64,000 nucleotides of DNA, from positions 700 to 64,699 of the forward strand of contig JAGWGI010000002.1 of NCBI GenBank assembly GCA_028867435.1, written 5' to 3'. Origin of the DNA: Candidatus Micrarchaeota archaeon (GTDB taxonomy: Archaea; Micrarchaeota; Micrarchaeia; Micrarchaeales; CABMGC01). The number at the start of each line of letters is the position of its first letter. Position 1 is the first letter of the stretch. Both the position numbers and the translations under genes were made by a program. A model generated the notes under the pieces. That model had not been told where the DNA came from, did no database searches, and saw only the letters and a program-made list of their open reading frames with translations. Shown one piece after another: positions 1-8,260 of the stretch.

Positions 1-1
1 G

Positions 2-1771
2 TACGACATAGTGCTCGCCTCAACCGAAAAGTTCGACAGCCTCATAAGGCACGGGGCCGATTGGCTCGACTCTGTGGGCTGCATGGTATTCGACGAGGTC
101 CACATGCTCGGAGAGTCGGGGCGCGGACCGACTCTTGAGATCCTGATAACAAAGCTAAGAAGACTGTGCAAGCAGACGCAGATGGTAGCGCTCAGCGCCA
201 CGATAGGCAACGCTGACGACATCGCGAAGTGGCTTGGTGCAAGGCTGGTCGAGAGCGACTACAGGCCTATCAAGCTCGACAAAGGGATAGTGCTCGGAGA
301 GAAGGCTTACTACAGGGACAGCGAAGAGGAGCTAATTGGCAGCAGCAAGATACCGGAGATAAGAATTGTGGAGGACGTGCTTGAGAGGGGCAAGCAGATA
401 ATCATATTCTACTCCACCAAGCGCAACGCCGAGGCTGGAGCGGAGAAAATCCAGAAGGCGGTGATAGAGAAACTAAAACCTGCAGAGAAGCAGGCGCTCT
501 CTGCAGTAAGCAAACGGGTAGTTGGCGCCCTTGGCAGGCCGACGGCGCAGTGCGAGAAACTGGGAAGATGCATAGAAAGCGGGGTGGCATTCCACCATGG
601 CGGGCTTGTAAACGAGCAGAGGCATGCTGTGGAGGAGGCGTTCAAGAGCGGAGCGATAAAGGTGATCTGCTCGACAACCACCCTTTCGCTTGGAATCAAC
701 ATGCCAGCGCACACCGTGCTTGTCAGGGACACGAGCAGGTACGGCGATTCGGGCCCTGAGAGGATTGGAGTCAACGAAATCACCCAGCTCTTCGGAAGGG
801 CTGGAAGGCCAAAGTACGACACCTCTGGAAGGGCGCTCTTAATAGCACGGGCAAAGGCGGAGATAATGGATCTGTATAGGAAGTACATAGACGCAGAACT
901 CGAGCCAATAGACTCGATGCTCGGAATGCTGCCTGTGCTAAGGACGCACATACTAGCATTTGTTGCCACTAATTTTCTCAAGAGCGAAGAGTCAATAGCC
1001 AGCTTCTTCTCAGAGACATTCTACGGCTACCAGTACTCCAGCATGCGGGAGATAAAGGGGAATGTGCAAAAGGTCCTAGAAGAACTAAGCGGCTGGGGAT
1101 TTCTCGAGAAGAAGGGAAGCTTGTATAGCGCCACGCGCCTTGGTTCAAGGATAAGCGAGCTCTACATCGACCCGCTCTCCGCCAAGAAGATAATAAACAT
1201 GCTGATGAAGGAGAGGGATGACCTCTCGAACCTTTTCATGATCTGCAACACCATTGAGATGAAGCCTTACGTCAAGGTGACCGAGGAGGCAGAGGAGAAG
1301 TTTGTGCACTACAGCGGCCTGCTCGCGTCAAATACCGGTGGAGAGGAAGTGGAGGACTTTTATTACTATCCAGAAAAGCCCTTTAGTACTGCGATGATGC
1401 TAAGTGACTGGGCAAATGAGAAGAGCGAGCCTGAGATTGTCAAGAAATACGGGACAACTCCTGGCGCCCTGTTTGCCAAGGTGACAAACGCAGACTGGCT
1501 GCTCTATGCTGCGATGGAGATCTCCAAGATAATGCGAATTAGCACAATCAGGCTGCTTGAGCTGCGAGTTCGGGTGCGCTACGGAATAGCAAAAGAGCTA
1601 CTTGACCTTGTGCAACTCAAGCAGGTAGGAAGGGTGAGGGCACGGGCGATGTATGCAAACGGCATAAGGGGGATTTCTGACCTGAGAAAACCTGGAATTG
1701 ACAAGAGCCTTGAGAGGCTTTTTGGCCAGGAAATAGCCAAAAAAATAACAGAGCAGGCAAAATTTGGATGA
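2..1771 (+). CDS. hel308: Hel308/Ski2-like superfamily-2 helicase, C-terminal ~590 aa (5' end lies outside the window)
   Basis: The frame is open to the window edge (YDIV precedes the GTG at 11). DEVH box 'VFDEVHML', motif III 'LSATIGN', 'GVAFHHGGL', 'TTTLSLGINMPA', motif VI 'QLFGRAGRP', then a long helical C-terminal region as in Hel308. Confidence 0.85.
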   Translation, partial: YDIVLASTEKFDSLIRHGADWLDSVGCMVFDEVHMLGESGRGPTLEILITKLRRLCKQTQMVALSATIGNADDIAKWLGARLVESDYRPIKLDKGIVLGEKAYYRDSEEELIGSSKIPEIRIVEDVLERGKQIIIFYSTKRNAEAGAEKIQKAVIEKLKPAEKQALSAVSKRVVGALGRPTAQCEKLGRCIESGVAFHHGGLVNEQRHAVEEAFKSGAIKVICSTTTLSLGINMPAHTVLVRDTSRYGDSGPERIGVNEITQLFGRAGRPKYDTSGRALLIARAKAEIMDLYRKYIDAELEPIDSMLGMLPVLRTHILAFVATNFLKSEESIASFFSETFYGYQYSSMREIKGNVQKVLEELSGWGFLEKKGSLYSATRLGSRISELYIDPLSAKKIINMLMKERDDLSNLFMICNTIEMKPYVKVTEEAEEKFVHYSGLLASNTGGEEVEDFYYYPEKPFSTAMMLSDWANEKSEPEIVKKYGTTPGALFAKVTNADWLLYAAMEISKIMRISTIRLLELRVRVRYGIAKELLDLVQLKQVGRVRARAMYANGIRGISDLRKPGIDKSLERLFGQEIAKKITEQAKFG

Positions 1772-1773
1772 GA

Positions 1774-1812
1774 TTTGGGGCTTTTTCAAACGAGTTTTTG
1801 CCCCAAAAGGGG
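1774..1812 (+). terminator. Candidate terminator hairpins with T-tracts just after the hel308 stop codon
   Basis: TTTGGGGC (1774-1781) pairs with GCCCCAAA (1800-1807). The loop contains TTTTT runs. An alternative CCCC-AAAA-GGGG hairpin lies at 1801-1812. The structure starts 3 nt after the TGA at 1769-1771. Confidence 0.3.
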
Positions 1813-1900
1813 TATTTGACGTTAACAGAACAGGGAGAAGTATTTAAATAATTAACTTATCTATATGCTATTAACCGCTATAACGGCGACCGTGAATTAG

Positions 1901-2269
1901 ATGGGAATCTTTGATAAGCTTGGACAAGCAATGGGAGTTTCTAAGGAACTCAGCATAGAGGAATATATGGGATCTGCAGAGATGGAGAACGTCGACATAC
2001 TCAACGAGCCGGCAGACATGTACATCAAGCCGGTATCGATAACCAGCGAGGATGATGTCAAGCTGATTCAGGACGAACTTAACAAGAAGAACATCATATT
2101 GCTAAACATCGACGAGATAAACAAGAGGCCAAACACAAGAAACACGATAATAACCAGCCTCAAGACGTTTGTCGCGAAGATAAACGGGGACATAGCGCAG
2201 ATAGACGAATCGAGGATAATAATAACCCCTACCAAGGTCAAGATCATAAAGAAGAAGAAGCCGAAGTGA
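1901..2269 (+). CDS. sepF: Archaeal SepF-like cell division protein (FtsZ membrane anchor)
   Basis: 122 aa. N-terminal amphipathic 'MGIFDKLG', then 'EEYMG', 'YIKPVSITSEDDVKLIQDELNKKNIILLNI' and 'INGDIAQIDESRIIITPTKVKI'. It is colinear with archaeal SepF as I remember it (e.g. the Haloferax protein MGIMSKILG...DGDIVQKGDDQIVITPTGISI). Confidence 0.8.
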   Translation: MGIFDKLGQAMGVSKELSIEEYMGSAEMENVDILNEPADMYIKPVSITSEDDVKLIQDELNKKNIILLNIDEINKRPNTRNTIITSLKTFVAKINGDIAQIDESRIIITPTKVKIIKKKKPK

Positions 2270-2274
2270 GTTTT

Positions 2275-2964
2275 TCACTTCAGTGCGGTTATCAGCGCAT
2301 GAACCTCCTTTTTTGTGGGCTGCGCAAGTGATAAGAGACGCACGAATATCCTCTTCACGGTCTCTTTCTCCCTTATTTTTTTATCAGCCATGAGCAAGCC
2401 AAGCATTTTGTAGAGCGTTAGTATCTCTTTCTTGTCGGGTTTTTCGGAAGGGTCTATCCTGTAGTTTTTCCCCAGCTCTGTACGCGTTAGGAAGAAGAGG
2501 AGTATCGCAAGCGCGTGAGATACGTTGAGCACCGGATAGCTTGGACTTGTGGGGATGTATGCGAGAATATTGCATAGCTCCATCTCCTCCTTGCTCAGGC
2601 CGGTATCGTCTCTTCCAATGACAAGCGCAACATTGGTATTTCTAAACGCGGCTTTTTGCAGGCGTTTCTCGAGCTCATCGGGGAGGGATACGCCCCTAAA
2701 GCCTGCTCGCGCCTTCTCCCAAATTCCAGTTGTGCCAATTGCTATGTCGCAGCCCTCTAGTGCGTCCTCGAGATTCTTGTAAATGGAGGCCCGCTCTATA
2801 AGGGAGTGCGCATGCTTGGAATACATTATCGCATCCTTGCCCGTGATCTTCGCCCTTGGCGCGACGATATGAAGTTTCTTGATGCCGAAGTTGCTTGCCA
2901 CCCTTGCGATGTAGCCGAGGTTGTTCTGGTACTTTGGAGAGACTACAACCAGCTTTAGGATCAT
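2275..2964 (-). CDS. SPOUT-class (SpoU/TrmJ/TrmH-like) RNA 2'-O-methyltransferase
   Basis: The long ORF 2275..3240 is trimmed to the ATG at 2964 ('MILKLVVVSPKYQNNLGYIARVASNFG'). SPOUT motifs 'VALVIGRDDTGLS' and 'IPTSPSYPVLNVSHALAILLF'. Its start overlaps the upstream gene's stop by 1 nt (TGATG). Confidence 0.75.
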   Translation of the reverse strand: MILKLVVVSPKYQNNLGYIARVASNFGIKKLHIVAPRAKITGKDAIMYSKHAHSLIERASIYKNLEDALEGCDIAIGTTGIWEKARAGFRGVSLPDELEKRLQKAAFRNTNVALVIGRDDTGLSKEEMELCNILAYIPTSPSYPVLNVSHALAILLFFLTRTELGKNYRIDPSEKPDKKEILTLYKMLGLLMADKKIREKETVKRIFVRLLSLAQPTKKEVHALITALK

Positions 2965-3638
2965 CAGATCGCCAAGATCGCAAGCACTGCGATGAGATTG
3001 ACCAGCATGTGGGCCAGAATCGATGGATAGAGGGACTTGGTTTTCTTGAAGACGTAGCCCGCGACAAGCGCGAACCCAAATGCGGCTATCATGTCTACAC
3101 CGAATGTAGAGCCGTACCCTGCGTGCAGTATACCGAAGACAAGAGCGCTTATAATTATACCTATCCTTGGAACCAGAAATGCCCTGAAGAGTATCTCCTC
3201 GTTTATTGGGCCTATGAATGAGATGAATATATAGACCCACAGCGGTGCTGATCCGAAGATCTTGTCCACGTTGGTGTTTATCTGGACTCCAGTTATGCTG
3301 CCGAGCAGGCCTGCCATCAGGTCCAGCAGCAAGAATATCGCAAAGAGCAAAATCCCGACTCCAAGCAGCTTAATGCTTATCTTGTCCCTTGAGAGCCCCA
3401 GATCGCTTACTATCTCCCCAGGACCCTTTCCCTTGCGCGCAAGGAATGCAAGCACAAAAAGTGAGAAGAAGAAAGAGAGCTGCGCATCGAAGAGGTATCC
3501 TGCCAGGTCCTGGCCGATGGCCCCGCTCTGCAGGTAGAAGAAGAGAATTGGTATGGATGCAAGGAGCATTACGAGAAGGGCATAGACTGCGTAGTGGAAT
3601 CTCCCGCCAGAAGGCCTAGTTTTTCTTCGCAGAGGCAT
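2964..3638 (-). CDS. CPBP (CAAX/Abi-type) intramembrane metalloprotease family protein
   Basis: Polytopic membrane protein with 'PINEEILFRAFLVP', 'FGILHAGY' and 'ILAHMLVNL' (EExxxR / H / H motifs of the CPBP family). The start is set at ATG 3638 so the first TM helix is kept. An alternative ATG lies at 3569. It overlaps the eS31 gene by 23 nt. Confidence 0.65.
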   Translation of the reverse strand: MPLRRKTRPSGGRFHYAVYALLVMLLASIPILFFYLQSGAIGQDLAGYLFDAQLSFFFSLFVLAFLARKGKGPGEIVSDLGLSRDKISIKLLGVGILLFAIFLLLDLMAGLLGSITGVQINTNVDKIFGSAPLWVYIFISFIGPINEEILFRAFLVPRIGIIISALVFGILHAGYGSTFGVDMIAAFGFALVAGYVFKKTKSLYPSILAHMLVNLIAVLAILAI

Positions 3639-3825
3639 CGCCCTTTTGCCGAATCTCCATGTAGCCGCACTTGCCGCATGTGTTCCTGTCGGAGTGCTCA
3701 GCCATCCTGGAGCCACACTTCGAGCACTGCCTGCCTGGAGTGTAGGGCTTAAACTGCTTCTTAGCCTTCTCCTTCTTCTTCCCGGCCTCAGCCTTTGGTG
3801 CCGCCCCTTTTTTTTCCTCAGCCAT
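3616..3825 (-). CDS. rps27ae: Ribosomal protein eS31 (S27ae)
   Basis: Lysine-rich N-terminus plus a zinc ribbon 'CSKCGSRMAEHSDRNTCGKCGY'. It sits immediately downstream of rps24e, the conserved archaeal pair. The first ATG is at 3825; the ORF-track start at 3828 is a TTG. Confidence 0.85.
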   Translation of the reverse strand: MAEEKKGAAPKAEAGKKKEKAKKQFKPYTPGRQCSKCGSRMAEHSDRNTCGKCGYMEIRQKGDASAKKN

Positions 3826-3843
3826 CAAATCACAATAATATCA

Positions 3844-4215
3844 TTACTCTGCGGCTTTCTCCTCCTTGGCCTGCTTCGCCTGCTCCTTTGGTTCCGCCTT
3901 GGACTCAGATTTTGCCTCCGTGGCCTTCACCGCCTTAGCCGACTTCTTTGTAATCCTCTCAAATAAGTGCTTCTTCTCCACAGACATCGCCTCCTTGCTG
4001 GAATATGAGTGCACCAGCACCGAAGCAGCGGAGGTTCCGAACAGCGGGCTTATCTTCACAACTACAGTGAGGTCTGGGCTGAGGCTCAGCTTCTTGCAGA
4101 TCTCCTCCTTGACCTCTTCCTGTGTCGGGGTTTTGCCCTTGTAGGATGCGGAGAAAACCATCTCCTTTCGTCCAAACAGCTTGTTATCAGTGTCCTTTTC
4201 TATCTTGACTTCCAT
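3844..4215 (-). CDS. rps24e: Ribosomal protein eS24
   Basis: 'NKLFGRKEMVFSASYKGKTPTQEEVKEEICKKL' and 'VHSYSSKEAMSVEKKHL' are typical of S24e. A lysine/glutamate-rich tail follows. Confidence 0.85.
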   Translation of the reverse strand: MEVKIEKDTDNKLFGRKEMVFSASYKGKTPTQEEVKEEICKKLSLSPDLTVVVKISPLFGTSAASVLVHSYSSKEAMSVEKKHLFERITKKSAKAVKATEAKSESKAEPKEQAKQAKEEKAAE

Positions 4216-4619
4216 TATGTTCCACCAGTTATTCTCATCATCGCACGCTTGCCCATTGCTTCTATCACTTCCACTTCAACGCCTGGCTTTAAGTTGCTGA
4301 CAAGATCCTCAGGTATCTGAAGATCGTATGTCTCGTACGACTCCAGGTCCATTAGCTGGGCGCTGTTTCCTGAGATGGAAACCACCTGCGCCTTCTTTTT
4401 CCCGATTACCGGAGCCTCTACTTCAGAGTGGCTCGGCTTGAGCAAGGTCTTCTTCGAGCCATCGAATATCCCTATGGCGGTTATCCTCACCTTTGCAGAT
4501 CCGTGCTTGCCAGGAGCAGAGGTCTCTATGTCGACCACCTTGCAGGGCACGCCGTCAATTAGCAGGAACCTGCCTGTCTTGAGGTCTCCTACAGAAACAT
4601 ACATTATTTCATCTGCCAT
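4215..4619 (-). CDS. eif5a: Translation initiation factor 5A (aIF5A)
   Basis: The hypusine loop 'TSAPGKHGSAKVRI' and the OB-fold C-terminal half are present. Its stop overlaps the rps24e start by 1 nt. Confidence 0.9.
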   Translation of the reverse strand: MADEIMYVSVGDLKTGRFLLIDGVPCKVVDIETSAPGKHGSAKVRITAIGIFDGSKKTLLKPSHSEVEAPVIGKKKAQVVSISGNSAQLMDLESYETYDLQIPEDLVSNLKPGVEVEVIEAMGKRAMMRITGGT

Positions 4620-4748
4620 AATCTCATCTTGATAAAATAGATAGTTAGCTTAGGTATAGAGAATTTATATATATTACGATGGCATCTGCGTGGGTTTGGC
4701 TAACAAATATTTAAGATAGGATAAAAAAGAAAAAAAGGAAAGACGGAT

Positions 4749-5774
4749 TTAGAATCCGTCCAGGCTACCCATCTTTAGCATGGGCGAGACTGTCTCCTCT
4801 GCCTTCTTCTGGAAGAACTTCGCCTTCACCCCAGTTATGACGGACATTACCTTTACTTGATCTCCTAGTTCAGGCACCAGCCTTGCACCAAAGATCACGT
4901 TAGCATCATCAGCTAGGCCCTCTGTGACCCCGTTGCCGATTCTTGTAGCATCGCTAATTGAGAGGCTTGTACCTCCGGTTACGTGCACGAACCCGCCCTT
5001 TGCCCCATCGTACTCTACGCTGAGCAGAGGGTGCGCCCTAGTGTCCTTGATTGCGCGCTCCACCTTGTCGGAGCCGTTTCCTGACCCTACGCTAATCACT
5101 GCAGTTCCAGTCCTTCCTACCACTGTTCGCAAATCTGCGAAGTCGAGGTTGATTAAGCTTGGAAGCATTATCGAATCTGCGATTCCCTTGACCGCATTGA
5201 GGGTTATGTTGTCGACCACCTCGAACGCTTTTTCTATCGGCAGATTTGGCGCGTACTGAAGAAGCTTGTCGTTCTCTATCACAATTGTCGTGTCGGCTGA
5301 CTTGTTGAGCTGCTCTATTCCCCAAACTGCCTTCTGGGCCCTGCTCCTCTCAAGCGCGAACGGGAAAGTCACGGTTGCAATCACTGTTGCCCCATTCTCT
5401 TTTGCGATTTGCGCCACGCCTGGTGCGCTGCCGGTTCCTGTTCCCCCCCCCATTCCGCCGCACACAAATACCAGATCATAGCCTTCCACAAGCTTTGAAA
5501 TCTCTGCCTTATCAGCCTCTACGCACTTTGCGGCAACTTCAGGATATCCTCCAGCTCCAAGGCCATTGGTTATCGCCTTGCCCAGAAGGTGCTTCTTTGT
5601 TGCATGAACTATATTTAAGTGTCCTACATCGGTGTTGATAGCAATAGTATCAGCACTTTGTATTCCAGTGTTGTATAGTCTGTTGACAAGGTTGCATCCC
5701 TGTCCACCCAGCCCCACTACTGCTATTCGCGGGGTAAATGCGTCGTAGTCTATTTGGTTATCGAAGGTCGCCAT
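4749..5774 (-). CDS. ftsZ: Cell division GTPase FtsZ (paralogue A)
   Basis: '[15 protein letters not shown]', '[13 protein letters not shown]', tubulin signature '[13 protein letters not shown]' and T7 loop 'NLDFADL'. Confidence 0.9.
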   Translation of the reverse strand: MATFDNQIDYDAFTPRIAVVGLGGQGCNLVNRLYNTGIQSADTIAINTDVGHLNIVHATKKHLLGKAITNGLGAGGYPEVAAKCVEADKAEISKLVEGYDLVFVCGGMGGGTGTGSAPGVAQIAKENGATVIATVTFPFALERSRAQKAVWGIEQLNKSADTTIVIENDKLLQYAPNLPIEKAFEVVDNITLNAVKGIADSIMLPSLINLDFADLRTVVGRTGTAVISVGSGNGSDKVERAIKDTRAHPLLSVEYDGAKGGFVHVTGGTSLSISDATRIGNGVTEGLADDANVIFGARLVPELGDQVKVMSVITGVKAKFFQKKAEETVSPMLKMGSLDGF

Positions 5775-5794
5775 TTCTTACACCAATTTCAATA

Positions 5795-5962
5795 TCATTT
5801 GCGTTTTGCTGTTTCCAGCAGATTTTCCTTGTGATTGTAGAGCGAGATGAGCTGCTTGTAGATTTCCTTTGCGACATCACTTCTAATAGGCCTGCGCAGT
5901 TCCAGATACTGGGCTGCAAGCCTTCGTATGTCCTGATTGGTTCTCTCCAAACCCTTTCCCAT
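5795..5962 (-). CDS. Uncalled small ORF (55 aa, predicted helical and basic) between the two ftsZ genes
   Basis: Hand translation of the minus strand from ATG 5962 to TGA 5797-5795 gives MGKGLERTNQDIRRLAAQYLELRRPIRSDVAKEIYKQLISLYNHKENLLETAKRK. It is on the same strand as both ftsZ genes and ends 20 nt before the downstream ftsZ start. It falls below the 60-aa ORF-track cutoff. Confidence 0.35.
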   Translation of the reverse strand: MGKGLERTNQDIRRLAAQYLELRRPIRSDVAKEIYKQLISLYNHKENLLETAKRK

Positions 5963-6019
5963 GCACTCCCATTAAACATGAAAGTAAAATAAAAAATAAA
6001 AGAAATAAAAAAGGAAAGT

Positions 6020-7069
6020 TTAGATCATCTCGATATCCGAGTACGACCTGCTCTTGTCCTTCTCTACCATATGTCCTACTATGCTTGCGCCGCTTACGCC
6101 TGTTACGATTGCAACTATCTCTAGCTGCCCTTCGTATCCTGGGATGAGCCTTGCTCCCCACTTGACGTTCGCCTTAGGATCCATCCTCTCGGTTATCAAC
6201 TCTCCAGCCTTGATTGCGTCACCAAGGGTGAGGTCTGATGCACCGGATATGTGGATCAGTGCACCCTTTGCATTCTCGTAGTCAACATCCAGCAACTTGT
6301 TTTTGAGTACTGCCTCTGCAGCACTTCCGACCTTGTCGTTGCCCTTGCCAAGTCCGTATGCAATGAAGCCTACGTCTCCGCTTCCCATAATTGATCGTAC
6401 GTCTGCAAAGTCAATGTTTATCAGGGAAGGCTGGGTTATCGTCCAGACAAGTCCGCCGATTGCCTTTGCAAGCACATCATCTGCCACCGCAAACGCCTCG
6501 TTCATAGGGAGGTTAGGGTGAAGCTTGACCAGTCGGTTGTTATCGAGGATGATCACACTGTCGCTGAACTTTCTGAGCCTTTGAATTCCTTCCTCGGCTT
6601 TTACCTTCCTGACCCTTTCGAGGTCGAATGGATAGGTTACCATTGAAACTACAATTGCGCCCTGCTCCTTTGCAATCTGCGCCAGTACAGGCAGTGAACC
6701 TGTTCCGGTTCCTCCTCCCATTCCTGCGCACAAGAATACCAGTTGAGCACCTGAGAGAATCTCTTCAAGAGCATTGCGGTCTACCTCTGCGGCCTTTGCT
6801 CCTACATCGGGGGAACCACCAGCGCCAAGACCTCGGGTTATGCTTTTTCCGATCAAAATCTTCTTTATTCGGTCGTCGATTATCTTGAAGTGATTGACAT
6901 CTGTGTTAATCGCCACAAGCTCGGTGCCTTTTACACCGACCTTTATAAGCCGATTTACAGTGTTGCAACCTGCGCCTCCTGCGCCGATTGTCACAATCTT
7001 TATCTGCGGATTCATATCTGCTTGCGTAACGTTGCTATTGCCCAAAAACTCGTTTGCAAAGTCTACCAT
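6020..7069 (-). CDS. ftsZ: Cell division GTPase FtsZ (paralogue B)
   Basis: '[15 protein letters not shown]', '[15 protein letters not shown]', '[13 protein letters not shown]' and 'NIDFADV'. Confidence 0.9.
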   Translation of the reverse strand: MVDFANEFLGNSNVTQADMNPQIKIVTIGAGGAGCNTVNRLIKVGVKGTELVAINTDVNHFKIIDDRIKKILIGKSITRGLGAGGSPDVGAKAAEVDRNALEEILSGAQLVFLCAGMGGGTGTGSLPVLAQIAKEQGAIVVSMVTYPFDLERVRKVKAEEGIQRLRKFSDSVIILDNNRLVKLHPNLPMNEAFAVADDVLAKAIGGLVWTITQPSLINIDFADVRSIMGSGDVGFIAYGLGKGNDKVGSAAEAVLKNKLLDVDYENAKGALIHISGASDLTLGDAIKAGELITERMDPKANVKWGARLIPGYEGQLEIVAIVTGVSGASIVGHMVEKDKSRSYSDIEMI

Positions 7070-7351
7070 CTGATCGCCTGAGAGTATAATATATGATATA
7101 TATTTAAAAACCTTGTGTAGAAAGAGGAATAGCGGAAATACACAAGATTTTAGTTTCCTACCCGAAAAAAACGAGCAAATTTACGACGACAAACTGGCAT
7201 GTTGGCAGTTTTTTTGCAAAATCCGCGATTTGCAGACAAATTTTATTCCTGTGTTTTGAAACTCGCCACAACGCAATTCACTCGGTAAATCGGTTTATAA
7301 ACGGGGCGCGATTCACGATGGCTAGTTCGTCAATTCGCCTTTATACGCGTT

Positions 7352-8128
7352 TCAGCGGTTCTTGCAGCTGCAATTTCTCTCGTCATTTATCTGAGGGATC
7401 ATCGTGTTTATCAGGGATTTTACCTTGTCGATGCTTGCAGAGAAGACCTTGCTCACTTCTTCGAAAGTAACCGGCTTCACATTTTCGTCCCCTTCCAGAC
7501 CGACGTCATAATCAGTGACTATCCCGATTCCAAGGTAGCAGATTCCCTTCTCCCTTGCAAGGGCTGCCTCAGGATACTGCGTCATGTTTATTATTTCAAA
7601 GCCCTGCTTTGCGAAAAATTTCGACTCTGATCGTGTGGAAAATCTTGGGCCGTTGACGACAACCACTGTCCCTTTTTCATGGTGCGGCAGATGCGCGTTT
7701 TTGGCATTGCTTATTCCAATTGATCTAAGGTTGCTACAGTACGGATCTGCCATGCCAGTATGCACCACTTTGCTCTCGTCAAAAAAAGTGTCATCTCGTC
7801 CGTGAGTCATGTTCACGAACTGGTCAATGAAGACGAAATCTCCTGGTTTGTAGTCGATGCGCAGCGAGCCAACTGCGTTGCTTGAGATTATCCGCTCAAC
7901 GCCCAGATCCGCAAGGGCCTGAATGTTTGCGCGGTAGGGAACCTTGTGAGGAGGTATGGTGTGGTTTTTGCCGTGCCTGGAAAGAAACGCCACATCCTTT
8001 CCGCCGATTTTTCCAATTGATATCGGGCTACTCGGCTTTCCGTATTTCGTGACCGGATTTACCTCTTCTTCAACTTCGACCAGCGAATATAGCCCAGTCC
8101 CCCCAATTATTCCTATCTGTGCCTTCAT
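7352..8128 (-). CDS. mtnP: 5'-methylthioadenosine/purine nucleoside phosphorylase
   Basis: 'IGIIGGTGLY', 'AFLSRHGKNHTIPPHKVPYRANI' and 'INMTQYPEAALARE'. The start is uncertain. ATG 8128 fits a TATA-like box near 8158-8165 best. Alternatives are ATG 8146 and TTG 8149. Confidence 0.8.
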   Translation of the reverse strand: MKAQIGIIGGTGLYSLVEVEEEVNPVTKYGKPSSPISIGKIGGKDVAFLSRHGKNHTIPPHKVPYRANIQALADLGVERIISSNAVGSLRIDYKPGDFVFIDQFVNMTHGRDDTFFDESKVVHTGMADPYCSNLRSIGISNAKNAHLPHHEKGTVVVVNGPRFSTRSESKFFAKQGFEIINMTQYPEAALAREKGICYLGIGIVTDYDVGLEGDENVKPVTFEEVSKVFSASIDKVKSLINTMIPQINDERNCSCKNR

Positions 8129-8260
8129 GCAATCATCAAGAATCATCAAAATATGATATTTATATTGGGAAACAACCTTTTAATATGAACTGGAAAGCTA
8201 AGCGCACGAATTTTTCTGAGACAAACTAGTTTTAAAACTGAGAAAGATGTGTGTTGGACA

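Noticed and set aside
409-981. A 190-aa minus-strand ORF and several 60-80-aa ORFs inside the helicase gene.
   Set aside because: They lie antisense or in alternative frames to the Hel308 frame, which carries all the SF2 motifs.
2275-3240. Over-long N-terminal extensions in the ORF track: 2275..3240, 8261..10141, 14229..16505, 25950..29096, 30021..31100, 2964..3716 and 55337..55933.
   Set aside because: The extensions overlap neighbouring genes, the tRNA or promoter regions, and they translate to atypical sequence. Internal ATGs give N-termini that match the family or a signal peptide, so the starts were trimmed.
5758-5979. The 73-aa ORF from the track in the ftsZ-ftsZ spacer.
   Set aside because: It overlaps the downstream ftsZ start codon by 17 nt and translates to a Ser/Thr/Arg-rich low-complexity sequence. 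The alternative 55-aa frame (5795..5962) is non-overlapping and protein-like, so I prefer it.
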